A stretch of DNA of 32,000 nt from assembly GCA_015257795.3 (NCBI GenBank), contig CP072208.2, positions 600,001-632,000 of the forward strand, in the 5' to 3' direction. The notes under the pieces were generated by a model. That model had not been told where the DNA came from. It was given only the letters and a program-made list of their open reading frames with translations, and made no database searches. Within the stretch, counting starts at the first letter, position 1, and each line of letters begins with the position of its first letter. Below, piece after piece: positions 1-8,511 of this stretch. The position numbers were made by a program, and so were the translations under genes. The stretch comes from Candidatus Nanogingivalaceae bacterium (GTDB lineage: Bacteria > Patescibacteriota > Saccharimonadia > Saccharimonadales > Saccharimonadaceae).

Positions 1-248
1 TTCGAACGAAATTTATCAATATCTTTCTGCTTCATTGAAAGAATATTCACGCCATCCATTAAAACTTCACCTTCTTCTGGCGCGTCCAAACCGCTCATCG
101 CGTGAATCAATGTTGATTTTCCGCTTCCCGATTTTCCAATAATCGCCACGCTTGCGCCTTTTGGAATTTTAAAACTTACATTTTTTAAAGCTTGAAAACT
201 ATTTTTCTTTTTACCGTAAGTTTTTGAAATATTTCGAACTTCAATCAT
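1..248 (-). CDS. ABC transporter ATP-binding protein, N-terminal part only (rest lies beyond the window start)
   Basis: Hand translation of the minus strand from ATG at 248 gives [66 protein letters not shown]... with Walker A GKSGSGKST. An SD GGAGCG lies at 251-257. It is absent from the ORF track because it is truncated. It sits 14 nt downstream of the PspC-domain gene on the same strand. Confidence 0.85.
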   Translation of the reverse strand, partial: MIEVRNISKTYGKKKNSFQALKNVSFKIPKGASVAIIGKSGSGKSTLIHAMSGLDAPEEGEVLMDGVNILSMKQKDIDKFRS

Positions 249-262
249 ATCGCTCCTTTTAA

Positions 263-1849
263 TTAAAATTGATCCTCATCTGGGTTTTCAAGATACAAAC
301 ACTGACCTTTTGTGTTTTCATTGAAATCATAACCATTTACTTTAACTTTTTCAGCACGCATTTTTAATCGCGTATTTTTCGAAACCACAGAATTACACTT
401 ATTTGTTTTAACGTCCGCATTTTCAACCTTGTTCAATTCCAAATTTCCACCATTACTATTTACGCTTAAGTTCTTTGCGTCAATTCCGTTCGCATAAAAA
501 TTGCTAAATTCGCCCGCGTAAACTTCTAAATTATCAATTTTTGCTGAATTTTCGAAATTAACAGACCCGTTTTTCGAAATGTCCACCTTAATTTTCTCGG
601 CATTTTTTGCAAAATATTTTACTTGCGAGCTCGATTTCAAATTAATTTCACTTAACTCTGGGCCATAAATATGAACTTCTTCCTGATTTCCGCCATAAAA
701 ATAACGCGCATTATTTGAAACTTTATTCAAATTTAGTTTTAAAGTTTCGCCATCAAAATTCATTTCAAGATTATCTTTTTCGAAATTAAAATGTGTGAAT
801 TCAATTTTTGGCTCATCCGCAATATGATAGAAAACCGCCACCGAAGAATCAACTTCTAGCTTTTTAATACTTTTCATTTTTGCAGAATCAATTTTAACTC
901 GTTCTGAAATTAAACTTTGAGAAACCCTATTATTTACTTTATCGCGCAGCAATGATGCTGAAGTAATAAATCCCATGAGTCCTACAAATGCAATCACAAC
1001 TGAAATAATCGAAACAAAGATGTCAATTTTTGTAATTTTTAGTTTGAAAAGCATTTTTGCGACAAATCCCGTGAGCAAAAGATAAGCAAAACCTAAAATA
1101 TTAGCACTAATAATTACACCTATACCGGCATCTTTAGCATTTGCAAAAGCCGCCGCGCTATAAATTTCTGAAAGCGCTAAATTTCCAAGAATTATTGCTG
1201 TAACTCCGCCCAAAAAGGCCAAAACTGCAAAAATACCAAAAATTATACCAAAAGCTTTAGCAATCTTTAAGTTTCGAAGGTGAATTTTTTCGAAATTATA
1301 TTCTTCATTTACTTCCCGAATAGAATTTGCGGTAATATTTTCGCCACGAAGTCGCAAAATGTCATTCGCATTTTTTGCTGCAGGAATAACCAAAATCGAC
1401 AAAATATAGATCGGAACTATTCCACCAAAAGTCATAAAAAACATTACAATTAACACCAAGCGAACCCAAACTACATCAATGTTTAAGTATTGGGCTAAAC
1501 CGGATGCCACGCCAGAAATCATTCCATTTTTCTCATCACGATAGAGCCTTTTTGAAATTTTCGCCGAAGATTTCTCTTCATTTTTTTCGGTAAAATCTGT
1601 ATCTTGAAAAACTTCTGGTGAACCAATTTGAGCTTCAATTTTCGAAATCTCTTTCTCGGTAATAACTCCACCTTCTTTCACTCCAAGTTCCGCCAAAATC
1701 TCAGTAATCCGAATTTCTACATCTTCAAAAATATCTTTATCGCTTGAATAAATCTTCAAATCTTTTAGGTATTTTTCTAGTTGCTTTTTTGCTGGAATTT
1801 CAATTTCATAAGGAATTTTAGCCAAATGAATTCTTGTAATTTCTTTCAT
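263..1849 (-). CDS. PspC-domain polytopic membrane protein with a DUF1700/HAAS-like N-terminus and a beta-rich C-terminal (DUF4097/DUF2807-like) domain
   Basis: 528-aa ORF. The PspC-like segment is RLYRDEKNGMISGVASGLAQYLNIDVVWVRLVLIVMFF, followed by several hydrophobic helices. The N-terminal helical region ending IGSPEVF resembles DUF1700 proteins encoded next to PadR. The C-terminal third is N/K/V-rich and repetitive. SD AAAGGAGAAAT precedes the ATG, with a 9-nt gap to padR. Confidence 0.75.
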   Translation of the reverse strand: MKEITRIHLAKIPYEIEIPAKKQLEKYLKDLKIYSSDKDIFEDVEIRITEILAELGVKEGGVITEKEISKIEAQIGSPEVFQDTDFTEKNEEKSSAKISKRLYRDEKNGMISGVASGLAQYLNIDVVWVRLVLIVMFFMTFGGIVPIYILSILVIPAAKNANDILRLRGENITANSIREVNEEYNFEKIHLRNLKIAKAFGIIFGIFAVLAFLGGVTAIILGNLALSEIYSAAAFANAKDAGIGVIISANILGFAYLLLTGFVAKMLFKLKITKIDIFVSIISVVIAFVGLMGFITSASLLRDKVNNRVSQSLISERVKIDSAKMKSIKKLEVDSSVAVFYHIADEPKIEFTHFNFEKDNLEMNFDGETLKLNLNKVSNNARYFYGGNQEEVHIYGPELSEINLKSSSQVKYFAKNAEKIKVDISKNGSVNFENSAKIDNLEVYAGEFSNFYANGIDAKNLSVNSNGGNLELNKVENADVKTNKCNSVVSKNTRLKMRAEKVKVNGYDFNENTKGQCLYLENPDEDQF

Positions 1850-1858
1850 ATTTCTCCT

Positions 1859-2200
1859 TTAAAGATTATTTATTGTTTTGGTTAGCTTTTCAATTTCTTC
1901 ACTAATATTTGCTAAAACTTTTGTACCAAAATCGGTTATTGAATAATACTTTCTTGGCGGCCCTTGCTCACTTTCTTGCCATTCGTGGCTTAATAATCCA
2001 TCTTTTTGTAATCTTGAAAGCAGTGGATAAATCGTGCCTTCAACCACAACCATTTTAGCTTCACGCAATTCCCGAATGATATCACTAGTGTAAACTGGTT
2101 TTTTTGCGCAAACTTTTAACACACAAAACGCCATAAAACCTTTTCGCATTTGGGTTGAAATTTGTGAAGCATATTTTTCAATACTTTCTTGTTCTTTCAT
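1859..2200 (-). CDS. PadR family transcriptional regulator
   Basis: 113 aa carrying the PadR winged-helix signature EGTIYPLLSRLQKDGLLSHEWQESEQGPPRKYYSITDFG. Confidence 0.9.
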   Translation of the reverse strand: MKEQESIEKYASQISTQMRKGFMAFCVLKVCAKKPVYTSDIIRELREAKMVVVEGTIYPLLSRLQKDGLLSHEWQESEQGPPRKYYSITDFGTKVLANISEEIEKLTKTINNL

Positions 2201-2206
2201 ACTTCT

Positions 2207-2235
2207 ATGTTATACAAGGTAGCTTAAAAAGTCAA
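2207..2235 (-). promoter_or_regulatory. Putative sigma70-type promoter of the padR operon (TTGACT-17-TAACAT), only 6 nt upstream of the ATG
   Basis: Minus strand reads TTGACTttttaagctaccttgtaTAACATagaagtATG. No SD is present. Confidence 0.4.
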
Positions 2236-2250
2236 GTACTTTTTTCGAAA

Positions 2251-2285
2251 AATAAAAAAGTTTGCTTGAAAACAAACTTTTTTTA
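2251..2285 (-). terminator. Rho-independent terminator downstream of galE
   Basis: Stem AAAAAGTTTG (2255-2264) pairs with CAAACTTTTT (2273-2282) around an 8-nt loop. A T-run follows on the minus strand. Confidence 0.6.
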
Positions 2286-2291
2286 AAATTT

Positions 2292-3305
2292 TTATACTAA
2301 TCCATTCGGATTTTTACTTTGCCAATTCCACGAATCTCGGCACATTTCATCGAGTGTTTTTTCAGTTTTCCAGCCAAGTTCCTTTTCAGCCTTAGCAACA
2401 TCAGCATAACAAAATGCAATATCACCCGCACGACGCGAGGTAATTTCGAAAGGAATCTTTTTACCTGAAGCCTTTTCGAAAGCACGAACTAATTCTAAAA
2501 CACTCACTCCTGAGCCTGAACCAAGATTATAAATTTTAACGCCACCGTTCTTGCGGTTATTTTCTAATGCTTTCAAATGACCTTTTGCTAAATCAACAAC
2601 ATGAATATAATCACGCACACCTGTGCCATCAGGAGTTTCATAATCATCGCCAAAAATCGAAAGTTTTTCTCGTTTTCCAATGGCAACTTGAGAAATATAC
2701 GGCATCAAATTATTCGGAATTCCTTGCGGATCTTCACCAATTAAACCACTTTCATGGGCACCAATTGGGTTGAAATATCGTAAAATCGTAATTGACCAGC
2801 GCGCATCAGCCTTCGCTAAATCTTTCAGAATATGCTCAATCACAACTTTAGTGTATCCGTAAGGATTCGTTGCTGTTTCACAAGGCATTTCTTCTCGATA
2901 AGGAACTGGATTTTTGTCACCATAAACCGTTGCGCTCGAAGAAAAAACGATATCATAAATATTAAACTCTCGCATAATTTCTAAAAGAGAAATCGTTCCT
3001 TGAATATTATTTTTATAGTATTCAAGTGGTTTTGCAACACTTTCGCCAACTGCTTTTAAACCTGCAAAATGTATCACTTGCTTAATATCATTTTCTTGAA
3101 AAATTTTTCGAAGCCCATCCTTATTTAAAATATCAACTTCGTAAAACTTAAAATCTTTACCCGAAATCTCACGAATTCGCTCTAAAGCTTTAGGTTTTGA
3201 ATTTCGAAAATTATCAATTATTATGATCTCTTCATTATTTTTAAGAAGTTCAATTGAAGTGTGAGCACCAATAAATCCTGCGCCACCAGTTACTAAAATC
3301 GCCAT
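2292..3305 (-). CDS. galE: UDP-glucose 4-epimerase
   Basis: MAILVTGGAGFIGAH Rossmann N-terminus, the YGYTK catalytic motif, and full-length GalE-like sequence. The start was moved to the ATG at 3305, which is preceded by AAAGGAAAAG; the track ORF begins 30 nt upstream. Confidence 0.9.
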   Translation of the reverse strand: MAILVTGGAGFIGAHTSIELLKNNEEIIIIDNFRNSKPKALERIREISGKDFKFYEVDILNKDGLRKIFQENDIKQVIHFAGLKAVGESVAKPLEYYKNNIQGTISLLEIMREFNIYDIVFSSSATVYGDKNPVPYREEMPCETATNPYGYTKVVIEHILKDLAKADARWSITILRYFNPIGAHESGLIGEDPQGIPNNLMPYISQVAIGKREKLSIFGDDYETPDGTGVRDYIHVVDLAKGHLKALENNRKNGGVKIYNLGSGSGVSVLELVRAFEKASGKKIPFEITSRRAGDIAFCYADVAKAEKELGWKTEKTLDEMCRDSWNWQSKNPNGLV

Positions 3306-3346
3306 CTTTTCCTTTCGTGATATAAACTTAAGCACTTTATAGCATT

Positions 3347-3375
3347 ATTATACTATTTTTCAAAAGACATAGCAA
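3347..3375 (-). promoter_or_regulatory. Putative galE promoter TTGCTA-17-TATAAT
   Basis: Minus strand reads TTGCTAtgtcttttgaaaaatagTATAAT, about 41 nt upstream of the galE ATG. Confidence 0.45.
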
Positions 3376-3381
3376 TTTATC

Positions 3382-6192
3382 CTAAAGAATATTTTTAAGA
3401 TACTTTCCCGTCCAGCTTTTTTCGACTTTCGAAACTTGCTCAGGTGTTCCGGTTGCCACAACAGTTCCACCGCCAGCACCACCTTCTGGCCCCATATCAA
3501 TTAACCAATCGGCACTTTTAACCATATCCAAATTGTGCTCAATAATCACCATTGAATTACCAGCATCAACTAAACGATTCAAAATTGAAAGCAATCTTTT
3601 CACATCCGCATTATGAAGACCAGTCGTTGGCTCATCTAAAATATACATTGTCTTTCCAGTCGAAGCACGCGCAAGCTCAGTTGCAAGCTTAATTCGTTGT
3701 GCCTCACCGCCCGAGAATGTTGTTGCAGGCTGACCAAGTTTAATGTACCCCAAACCAACTTCTTGAATCGTTTTTAATTTGCGATAAATTGCAGGGATAT
3801 TTTCGAAAAACTCTGTTGCTTCGTCAATCGTCATCTCTAAAACATCCGAAATCGTCTTTCCCTTATAAAGAATTTCTAACGCTTCCCGATTATATCGCTT
3901 GCCGTGGCAAACATCACATTCCACATAAACATCTGGTAAAAAGTGCATTTCAATCTTAATAACACCATCACCCTGACAATTCTCACAGCGACCCCCCTTA
4001 ACATTAAAACTGAACCGACCAGCTTTATATCCACGAATATTTGCTTCAGGCGTGCCAGCAAAAAGTTCACGAATTTGAGTGAAAACGCCCGTATAAGTTG
4101 CTGGATTCGAACGCGGTGTGCGACCAATTGCGCTCTGATCAATGACAATTGCTTTATCGAGTTTTTCCAAACCTAAAATTTCATCATGCGCACCAGGAAC
4201 TTCTTGTGCACGATGCTTCCGTGCTAACAATTCTTTACTTAAAATTTCATTAACTAAGGTTGACTTTCCACTTCCCGAAACACCAGAAACTACTGTCATT
4301 ACGCCTAATGGAATTTCAACATCGATATTTTTCAAATTATTTTCACGAGCGTTTTTGATTACTAACTTTTCATTCTTTTGAATTTTGCGTCGGTTTTTTG
4401 GCGTTTGAATTTTATCTTCGCCACTCAAAAACTTTCCTGTTAGTGATTTTGGATTTTTCGAAACCTCTTCAGGTGTGCCAGAAGCCACAATCATTCCACC
4501 ATTTACACCAGCACCAGGACCAACATCAACTAGCCAATCCGCCGCCCGAATAGTATCTTCATCATGCTCCACCACCAAAACAGTATTGTTTAAATCACGC
4601 AGGTTTTTTAGCGTTGCAATCAATTTATCATTATCTCGTTGATGAAGCCCAATCGAAGGCTCATCGAGGACATAAAGCACTCCTTGAAGGCCAGAACCAA
4701 TTTGTGTTGCCAAACGAATTCGCTGCGCCTCGCCACCGCTCAAAGTGTTTGCCGCGCGCGAAAGCTCCAAATAATTCAAGCCAACATTATTCATAAAGCC
4801 CAATCTCGAAGAAATTTCTTTTAGGATTTGAGTTGAAATAAACTTTTGCTGCTCGTTTAATTCTAAATTCTTAAATAGTTCAACCGCCTCGTCAATTGCA
4901 AGGTCACAAATTTCAACAATATTCAAACCAGCCACCGTCACAGCAAGAACGACTGGCTTTAAACGTTTTCCACCGCAAGTTTGGCATTTTCGAACACGCA
5001 TAAATCTTTCGATATCCTTGCGCTGGAATTCGCTATCTGTATCTCGATGGCGACGCTCCAAATTTGGAATTACGCCTTCAAAATTCATATTATAAACCCG
5101 GCCGTTCATTTCGATCGGATATTTTTCATCTGTTTTTGTGCCGTATAAAATAATTTCAATCGCTTCTTTTGAAAGCTTTTTGGTTGGAACTTTTGTTGAA
5201 AATCCATAACGTTTTGCAACTTCCTCAAGCAATTTAATTCGATAGCCCTTTTCCATCACACGATTATACGGACGAATTGCGCCTTCGGAAATCGTCAAAT
5301 TTGGTGAAAGCACTAATTCTGGGTCAATTTCCATTCGTGTTCCAAGCCCGGAACAAGTTTCACAAGCTCCTTGTGGTGCGTTAAATGAAAACAATCGTGG
5401 TTCAAGCTCAGGAATATGCTCATCTGGGTGAAGTTCACAAGCATAACGTTGTGAGAAAATTTTAACTTCGCCAGTTTCATCATCTAAAACCTCAAGAATT
5501 CCATTTGTCATATCTAGAGCCTGCTCAACACTTTGAGCTAAACGTGTCCGCATTTCTTTCGAAAGAACTAAACGATCAACTACAATTTCGATATTGTGCT
5601 TAATATTTTTTTCAAGCTCAGGGAATTCATCCAAAGCGTAAATTACACCATCAACACGAGCACGAGCAAAACCTTTTTTCGAAAATTCAACAGGAACGTG
5701 CGCAAATTCACCTTTTTTAGCTTTCGCAATTGGTGCAAGCAAAATTAATCGAGACCCTTCTTTGAGGTTCATAATTCCATCAACGATACTTTGCGGTGTA
5801 CGGCGAACCACATCTCGACCACAAATCGGACAATGCGGCGTGCCAATTCGTGCGAAAAGAAGACGCAAATAATCATAGATTTCAGTTACAGTCGCTACAG
5901 TTGAACGTGGATTTCGGCTAGTAGATTTTTGATCAATTGAAATCGCAGGGCTAAGTCCAGTAATTTGATCTACATCTGGCTTATCCATTGTGCCTAAAAA
6001 TTGTCGTGCATAAGAATTAAGGCTCTCCATATAGCGACGCTGGCCTTCCGCATAAATCGTATCAAACGCCAAACTAGACTTTCCACTACCAGAAAGCCCT
6101 GTTATTACCACTAGTTTATCGCGCGGAATCTTTAAATCTACATTTTTTAAATTATGTTCGCGCGCGCCCTTAATTTCCAAAAAATCCGCCAT
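3382..6192 (-). CDS. uvrA: Excinuclease ABC subunit A
   Basis: 936 aa. It begins [54 protein letters not shown], has two ABC ATPase modules (GLSGSGKSS and GVSGSGKST), and carries Cys-rich zinc modules. Confidence 0.97.
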   Translation of the reverse strand: MADFLEIKGAREHNLKNVDLKIPRDKLVVITGLSGSGKSSLAFDTIYAEGQRRYMESLNSYARQFLGTMDKPDVDQITGLSPAISIDQKSTSRNPRSTVATVTEIYDYLRLLFARIGTPHCPICGRDVVRRTPQSIVDGIMNLKEGSRLILLAPIAKAKKGEFAHVPVEFSKKGFARARVDGVIYALDEFPELEKNIKHNIEIVVDRLVLSKEMRTRLAQSVEQALDMTNGILEVLDDETGEVKIFSQRYACELHPDEHIPELEPRLFSFNAPQGACETCSGLGTRMEIDPELVLSPNLTISEGAIRPYNRVMEKGYRIKLLEEVAKRYGFSTKVPTKKLSKEAIEIILYGTKTDEKYPIEMNGRVYNMNFEGVIPNLERRHRDTDSEFQRKDIERFMRVRKCQTCGGKRLKPVVLAVTVAGLNIVEICDLAIDEAVELFKNLELNEQQKFISTQILKEISSRLGFMNNVGLNYLELSRAANTLSGGEAQRIRLATQIGSGLQGVLYVLDEPSIGLHQRDNDKLIATLKNLRDLNNTVLVVEHDEDTIRAADWLVDVGPGAGVNGGMIVASGTPEEVSKNPKSLTGKFLSGEDKIQTPKNRRKIQKNEKLVIKNARENNLKNIDVEIPLGVMTVVSGVSGSGKSTLVNEILSKELLARKHRAQEVPGAHDEILGLEKLDKAIVIDQSAIGRTPRSNPATYTGVFTQIRELFAGTPEANIRGYKAGRFSFNVKGGRCENCQGDGVIKIEMHFLPDVYVECDVCHGKRYNREALEILYKGKTISDVLEMTIDEATEFFENIPAIYRKLKTIQEVGLGYIKLGQPATTFSGGEAQRIKLATELARASTGKTMYILDEPTTGLHNADVKRLLSILNRLVDAGNSMVIIEHNLDMVKSADWLIDMGPEGGAGGGTVVATGTPEQVSKVEKSWTGKYLKNIL

Positions 6193-6215
6193 AATTCTCC
6201 TTTATTATTCGAACT

Positions 6216-6244
6216 ATTATACCATATTTTTCGAATTCTTTCCA
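6216..6244 (-). promoter_or_regulatory. Putative uvrA promoter TGGAAA-17-TGgTATAAT (extended -10)
   Basis: Minus strand reads TGGAAAgaattcgaaaaatatggTATAATagttcgaataataaaGGAGaattATG. Confidence 0.5.
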
Positions 6245-6273
6245 GGATTACAAACTTTCAAAATTATTTCAAG

Positions 6274-6825
6274 CTATTTTTCTTCATTCAAAATTTCGCT
6301 AATTTCACTTTTCGAAAGCTTGCGCCAACGCTTTTTATCATTTTCGAAAATACTAATTTGCGAATTTTCAAAAGGAATTTTATTTGTTGCACACCATTTT
6401 TGCATTTTTGCTAAATTTTCAATATAAAAAGTAATTCCATCAAAGCCAAAATCATAATTTTTAAAATTAAGGCGTGTTTTGTTCGGATTCTTTTTTGCTG
6501 AAATCTCCACAAAATCCTTAACCGCAAAATCTGGATAGCCCAAAACCTCGCCCATCAAGCGCGTTTTTTCTTCAAGATTTTTGGCGTAATTTAGCTTTTC
6601 AGCCCTTAAATATTTCTCTAAATTTTCTCGATTTCGAAAAGCGAAAAGTCTATTTTTTGACTTTGTGCGATTTTTATCCCAAATCTTGTGCGTATAAACA
6701 TTCTTGCGAAAAAATATTTTCCAGTAAAATAACTCACGGATTTCTGTAAAGTTCGAAGTTCTAAAATCCAAAATCATTGAGCTTCGCCAGCCTTTTTGAA
6801 AGGCTTTTCGCATCTTTTTCTTCAT
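6274..6825 (-). CDS. Hypothetical, very basic soluble protein (about 183 aa)
   Basis: Long ORF with no recognisable domain and no TM segment. The track start at 6849 is TTG, so I prefer the ATG at 6825 ([13 protein letters not shown]...). A TATAAT lies 10 nt upstream and there is no SD. Confidence 0.5.
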   Translation of the reverse strand: MKKKMRKAFQKGWRSSMILDFRTSNFTEIRELFYWKIFFRKNVYTHKIWDKNRTKSKNRLFAFRNRENLEKYLRAEKLNYAKNLEEKTRLMGEVLGYPDFAVKDFVEISAKKNPNKTRLNFKNYDFGFDGITFYIENLAKMQKWCATNKIPFENSQISIFENDKKRWRKLSKSEISEILNEEK

Positions 6826-6863
6826 CGCAACCAATATTATATATCCCAAACAGTAATATATTT

Positions 6864-7520
6864 TTATTCTTTCGGTGGCGTAGCTTTTACAAAGTTAATT
6901 TTTAGACCTTCATTTGTGAAACGTTTTTCGTAAGTGGTCATAACTTTGTAGTTTTCGTTCAAATTGCTTTCGTGAAGATCAAAACTAAGGCGTTCAATTC
7001 GCCAACCTTCCGCCACAAGTTGCTCTAAACTCCAATCGAAAAGATCTTTAGCGTCAGTTTTAAAATATAAAGCACCGTTTTCCGCTAATAATTTTGCATA
7101 AATTCGCAAAAAAGTTGGGTGAGTTAATCGGCGACCAGCATTTCGATTTCGTGGATATGGATCCGGAAATGTAACCCAAAGATATTTTACTGAATTCTCA
7201 ACGAAAGCATCAAGAAGCTGATCGGCTCGAGCCCTTAAAAAGCGAATATTTTTTATACCATCTTGTTCGGCCTTAATTGCACCTTTAACTAGCCTATCAG
7301 CTTTAACATCAACCGCTACAAAATTCTTGGTTGGATTTTTTGCCGCTAAAGCTTCGCTGAAAAATCCAGTTCCCGCCCCAATTTCAAGGTTATCAACTTC
7401 GGCGTTTTCCTTATTCCATTCGTCAAATTCAAAACAAATTGCAGAATTATTAAAAAGTGCAAATTTATAAAGTTTGCGTTTTCGAGTGATTATAAAATCT
7501 TTCGGGTTTAAAAAAGCCAT
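6864..7520 (-). CDS. trmB: tRNA (guanine46-N7)-methyltransferase
   Basis: SAM motif LEIGAGTGFF, VAVDVK, and the TrmB-typical WVTFPDPYPRNR. SD AAAGGAGAAAA. Confidence 0.9.
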   Translation of the reverse strand: MAFLNPKDFIITRKRKLYKFALFNNSAICFEFDEWNKENAEVDNLEIGAGTGFFSEALAAKNPTKNFVAVDVKADRLVKGAIKAEQDGIKNIRFLRARADQLLDAFVENSVKYLWVTFPDPYPRNRNAGRRLTHPTFLRIYAKLLAENGALYFKTDAKDLFDWSLEQLVAEGWRIERLSFDLHESNLNENYKVMTTYEKRFTNEGLKINFVKATPPKE

Positions 7521-7529
7521 TTTTCTCCT

Positions 7530-7943
7530 TTACTGATCTGTTATTTTTAAAGCTTCATCGCTAAGAGAATTCTCATTAAACTCATTTGCATGAATTTTAT
7601 TACGTGCATGCGAATAAAACAATTCAAAATTCGCCATTTCTTTATTCGAAAGTCCACCTTGCGGAGAAAAGTCTTCATCTTTCTCGAACTGCTTGCGTTT
7701 TTCTTCTTCCTTCTTCGCCTTTTTCTGAGCTTCACGCGCTTCTTGCAAAACTGGTCGACTCAAATCAAGCTGGATTGTTCCATCGGCAGTATATAGAGCT
7801 AGGCTCGCAACCACTAGAACAATTGTAATCCCCAAACTTCCAGCAATAAATATAATTAAATTCCTCGAACCGTTAACTTCTTTTTGTGGTTGTGATGATA
7901 AAGTAGTAATTTTCTTTTTAATTTTTTTCCAAAAATCATTCAT
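7530..7943 (-). CDS. Hypothetical single-pass membrane protein
   Basis: 137 aa with one TM segment (LIIFIAGSLGITIVLVVASLALY) and a charged K/E-rich region. SD AGGAG lies 7 nt upstream. The start overlaps the upstream stop (ATGAATGA). Confidence 0.6.
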   Translation of the reverse strand: MNDFWKKIKKKITTLSSQPQKEVNGSRNLIIFIAGSLGITIVLVVASLALYTADGTIQLDLSRPVLQEAREAQKKAKKEEEKRKQFEKDEDFSPQGGLSNKEMANFELFYSHARNKIHANEFNENSLSDEALKITDQ

Positions 7944-8511
7944 TTGCTGCTCCTGTTGTGTTTTTCATAACGAATTCATGAACTTGAATACCGTATTCTT
8001 CAGCAATTTCGCTTAATTTTGTCGTATTATAACTCACTTCTCGTCGCAATTTTCGAACTTTTTCAAGCTTTAAATAAAATTCTCTTGGATTTTTTGCGCA
8101 ATCTTGAGTGGTAAGTTCCGAAAGTTCGCGCTCATAATTTTGAAAATTATCCCTAAAATAACGGAAATTTTCATCAAATTCTGCTGTTAGTGAAATCAAT
8201 CCTGCATCATTTTTCTTGTTTAAAGCAATTCGGGCATTAAAATTCGACATTAACCCATTCGAAATTTTTTCGTAGTCTTTACCTAAATTAACCCGCTTTA
8301 AGGCATCTTCTGAACGTAGCTTTTTTAAATCTTTCTTTAAATCTGTGCATTTTTCACTGATTTTCGAAAGTTGCACATCTGTTGGCTTTTCTTTTGCGGC
8401 TTCTTCAGCAAAAACTGCCTTCGAAAATTGCATTACAATTAACAAACCACATAATGCAAAAACTATTAAAAATCCAGATTTTTTTCGAAAATTAACCAAT
8501 TTAGTCCTCAT
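7936..8511 (-). CDS. Hypothetical secreted or membrane-anchored alpha-helical protein
   Basis: N-terminal signal/anchor (FLIVFALCGLLIVMQFSKAVFA) followed by a helical charged domain with 2 Cys. The ATG at 8511 is preferred over the TTG at 8526. It overlaps the aspS stop by 11 nt. Confidence 0.6.
   Translation of the reverse strand: MRTKLVNFRKKSGFLIVFALCGLLIVMQFSKAVFAEEAAKEKPTDVQLSKISEKCTDLKKDLKKLRSEDALKRVNLGKDYEKISNGLMSNFNARIALNKKNDAGLISLTAEFDENFRYFRDNFQNYERELSELTTQDCAKNPREFYLKLEKVRKLRREVSYNTTKLSEIAEEYGIQVHEFVMKNTTGAANE

Noticed and set aside
2297-2773. 62-aa (minus) and 68-aa (plus) ORFs overlapping galE
   Set aside because: They are alternative-frame or antisense shadows of a complete GalE coding sequence, with no independent signals.
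3876-4824. Five short track ORFs (60-90 aa, both strands) inside uvrA
   Set aside because: They lie entirely within, or antisense to, a full-length and highly conserved uvrA reading frame. They have no SD or promoter and their composition is low-complexity. They are typical shadow ORFs.
6193-6273. Possible LexA/SOS (Cheo-type CGAAC-N4-GTTCG) box in the uvrA promoter
   Set aside because: Only TTCGAAC/GTTCGAA half-site-like strings are present. They are instances of the ubiquitous TTCGAA motif, and no complete CGAAC-N4-GTTCG dyad exists.
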